Of a stretch of DNA of 38,890 nucleotides, positions 37,757 to 38,890 are shown piece by piece. Both the position numbers and the translations under genes were made by a program. The notes below the pieces were generated by a model, which did no database searches, was not told the DNA's origin, and was given only the letters and a program-made list of their open reading frames with translations. The stretch lies in the sequence record SRR22947725_571. The stretch is one strand, 5' to 3'. Every line of letters starts with the position of its first letter. Position 1 is the first letter of the stretch.

Positions 37757-38326
37757 TTAAAATAAACCTTGAATATTACTTGCAAATAATTTGACTGCAA
37801 TTGCCATTAAAATTACACCAAATATTTTTCTTATTACTCCAATTCCTGATTTTCCAAAAATTCTTTCAATTTTTTCAGAGAACTTTAAAACCAAGTAAAC
37901 AAATAAAACATTAACCAGAATAGCTATTATAATATTTATTAACTCAAATTCTGCTCGTAAAGATAGTAGCGTAGTTAAAGTTCCTGCTCCTGCAATTAAG
38001 GGAAAAGCAATTGGAACTATTGAGGCTGTCTCAGGAGTTTCGTCTTTATAAATGGATACACCTAGCACCATTTCTAACGATATAAAAAAGATTACAAAAG
38101 CGCCAGCTACAGCAAAAGAATTGACATCAATTCCTATAATATTTAAAATTTCTTCACCAATAAATAAAAAAGCGATCATTATTATTACAGAAACAATTGA
38201 GGCTTTTTCGGATTGTATATGTCCAACTTTCTTTCTTAGTTCAATGATTATTGGAACACTTCCGATAATATCAATTACCGCAAAAAGAATCATTCCAACC
38301 GTAAATATTTCTTTCGGATTAATCAT
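37757..38326 (-). CDS. MarC family membrane protein
   Basis: LFAVID..G..P, SFAVAG, VPIAFPLIAGAG, R.FG.ILMAIAV. Confidence 0.92.
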   Translation of the reverse strand: MINPKEIFTVGMILFAVIDIIGSVPIIIELRKKVGHIQSEKASIVSVIIMIAFLFIGEEILNIIGIDVNSFAVAGAFVIFFISLEMVLGVSIYKDETPETASIVPIAFPLIAGAGTLTTLLSLRAEFELINIIIAILVNVLFVYLVLKFSEKIERIFGKSGIGVIRKIFGVILMAIAVKLFASNIQGLF

Positions 38327-38391
38327 TATTTTTTTTGTAAATATAATTTATATTCAAAATATTTGATTAACTATTTTCTTAATTTCATAAA

Positions 38392-38890
38392 ATGTTTAGA
38401 ATTGGAAAAACTTTAGTTTCTGAAGAAATAATTGAAAATAATTTTCATTGTAATATTTCAAAATGCAAGGGAGCCTGTTGTGTTGAAGGGACAGCTGGAG
38501 CACCATTAGAAAAAAACGAAGCACAATTGTTAAATGAAAATTTTGATAAAATCTCAAAATATTTATCACCGAGAGCAAAAAAAACTATTATTACTAATGG
38601 TAAGTATGTAGCTCTAAATGATGGAAAATTAGAAACTCCTTTGATAGATTCAAAAGCATGTGTTTATGTGCATTATGAAGACAATGGCTCATTATCTTGT
38701 GGTATTGAAAAAGCATATGTTAACAACGAAATAAGTTTTAACAAGCCAATTTCATGTCATTTATATCCAGTTAGAGTTAAAGAATATTCAGAATTTACAG
38801 CCGTAAATTATCACAATTGGTTCATTTGCTCTGATGCTTGTAGTTTAGGAAATGAATTAAAAAAGCCAGTTTACGAATTTGTAAAAGAAG
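38392..38890 (+). CDS. DUF3109 family Cys-rich protein (partial; runs off the window end)
   Basis: Not in the ORF track. Manual translation: MFRIGKTLVSEEIIENNFHCNISKCKGACCVEGTAGAPL...CVY...CGIEKAY...KPISCHLYPVR...WFICSDAC. Confidence 0.85.
   Translation, partial: MFRIGKTLVSEEIIENNFHCNISKCKGACCVEGTAGAPLEKNEAQLLNENFDKISKYLSPRAKKTIITNGKYVALNDGKLETPLIDSKACVYVHYEDNGSLSCGIEKAYVNNEISFNKPISCHLYPVRVKEYSEFTAVNYHNWFICSDACSLGNELKKPVYEFVKE

Noticed and set aside
987..38578. Other short ORFs in the track (e.g. 987, 3412, 4209, 4892, 6058, 6365, 13110, 16755, 19221, 20296, 21888, 24143, 26186, 26814, 29188, 30641, 34525, 35086, 35781, 38052, 38396)
   Set aside because: All lie within or largely overlap confident genes, antisense or in another frame, and show no family motifs.
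1..38890. CRISPR array, tRNA/rRNA, IS element, integrase or prophage
   Set aside because: No spaced repeats, cloverleafs, transposase or phage proteins; the largest intergenic gap is under 200 bp and the composition looks uniform.

Overview
A very AT-rich, extremely gene-dense core-genome segment of a Bacteroidota bacterium, most consistent with a streamlined Flavobacteriaceae. Support for this: TAnnTTTG-type promoters, no obvious Shine-Dalgarno sites, a GIHH-type IleRS, the bat operon and Flavobacteria-like gene order. In order, the window holds ileS (partial), a TonB-dependent receptor, recO, gdhA, a trans-sulfuration enzyme, ArsC/Spx-like, cytochrome c and DUF1080 genes, yicC-gmk-nadD, a complete moxR-DUF58-bat operon, cvpA, pheS, gpsA, a near-complete heme biosynthesis cluster (hemA-C-D-E-F-B running into three extra genes, divergent from araC-hemH-hemJ-histidine kinase), brxA/B, a DjlA-like gene, HupE/UreJ, dCMP deaminase, marC and DUF3109 (partial). 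I see no tRNA, rRNA, CRISPR array, prophage or IS element, and no clearly new multi-gene system can be demonstrated from sequence alone. Best leads: (1) a possible heme/iron control circuit at the hemA/araC divergence (CP-motif AraC plus a 19-bp palindrome); (2) an orphan + strand terminator at about 22.3 kb implying an sRNA or antisense read-through over gpsA; (3) three unexplained genes attached to the hem operon; (4) the GIHH signature in IleRS; (5) an A14 tract in recO. All product calls come from motif recognition, not database searches.
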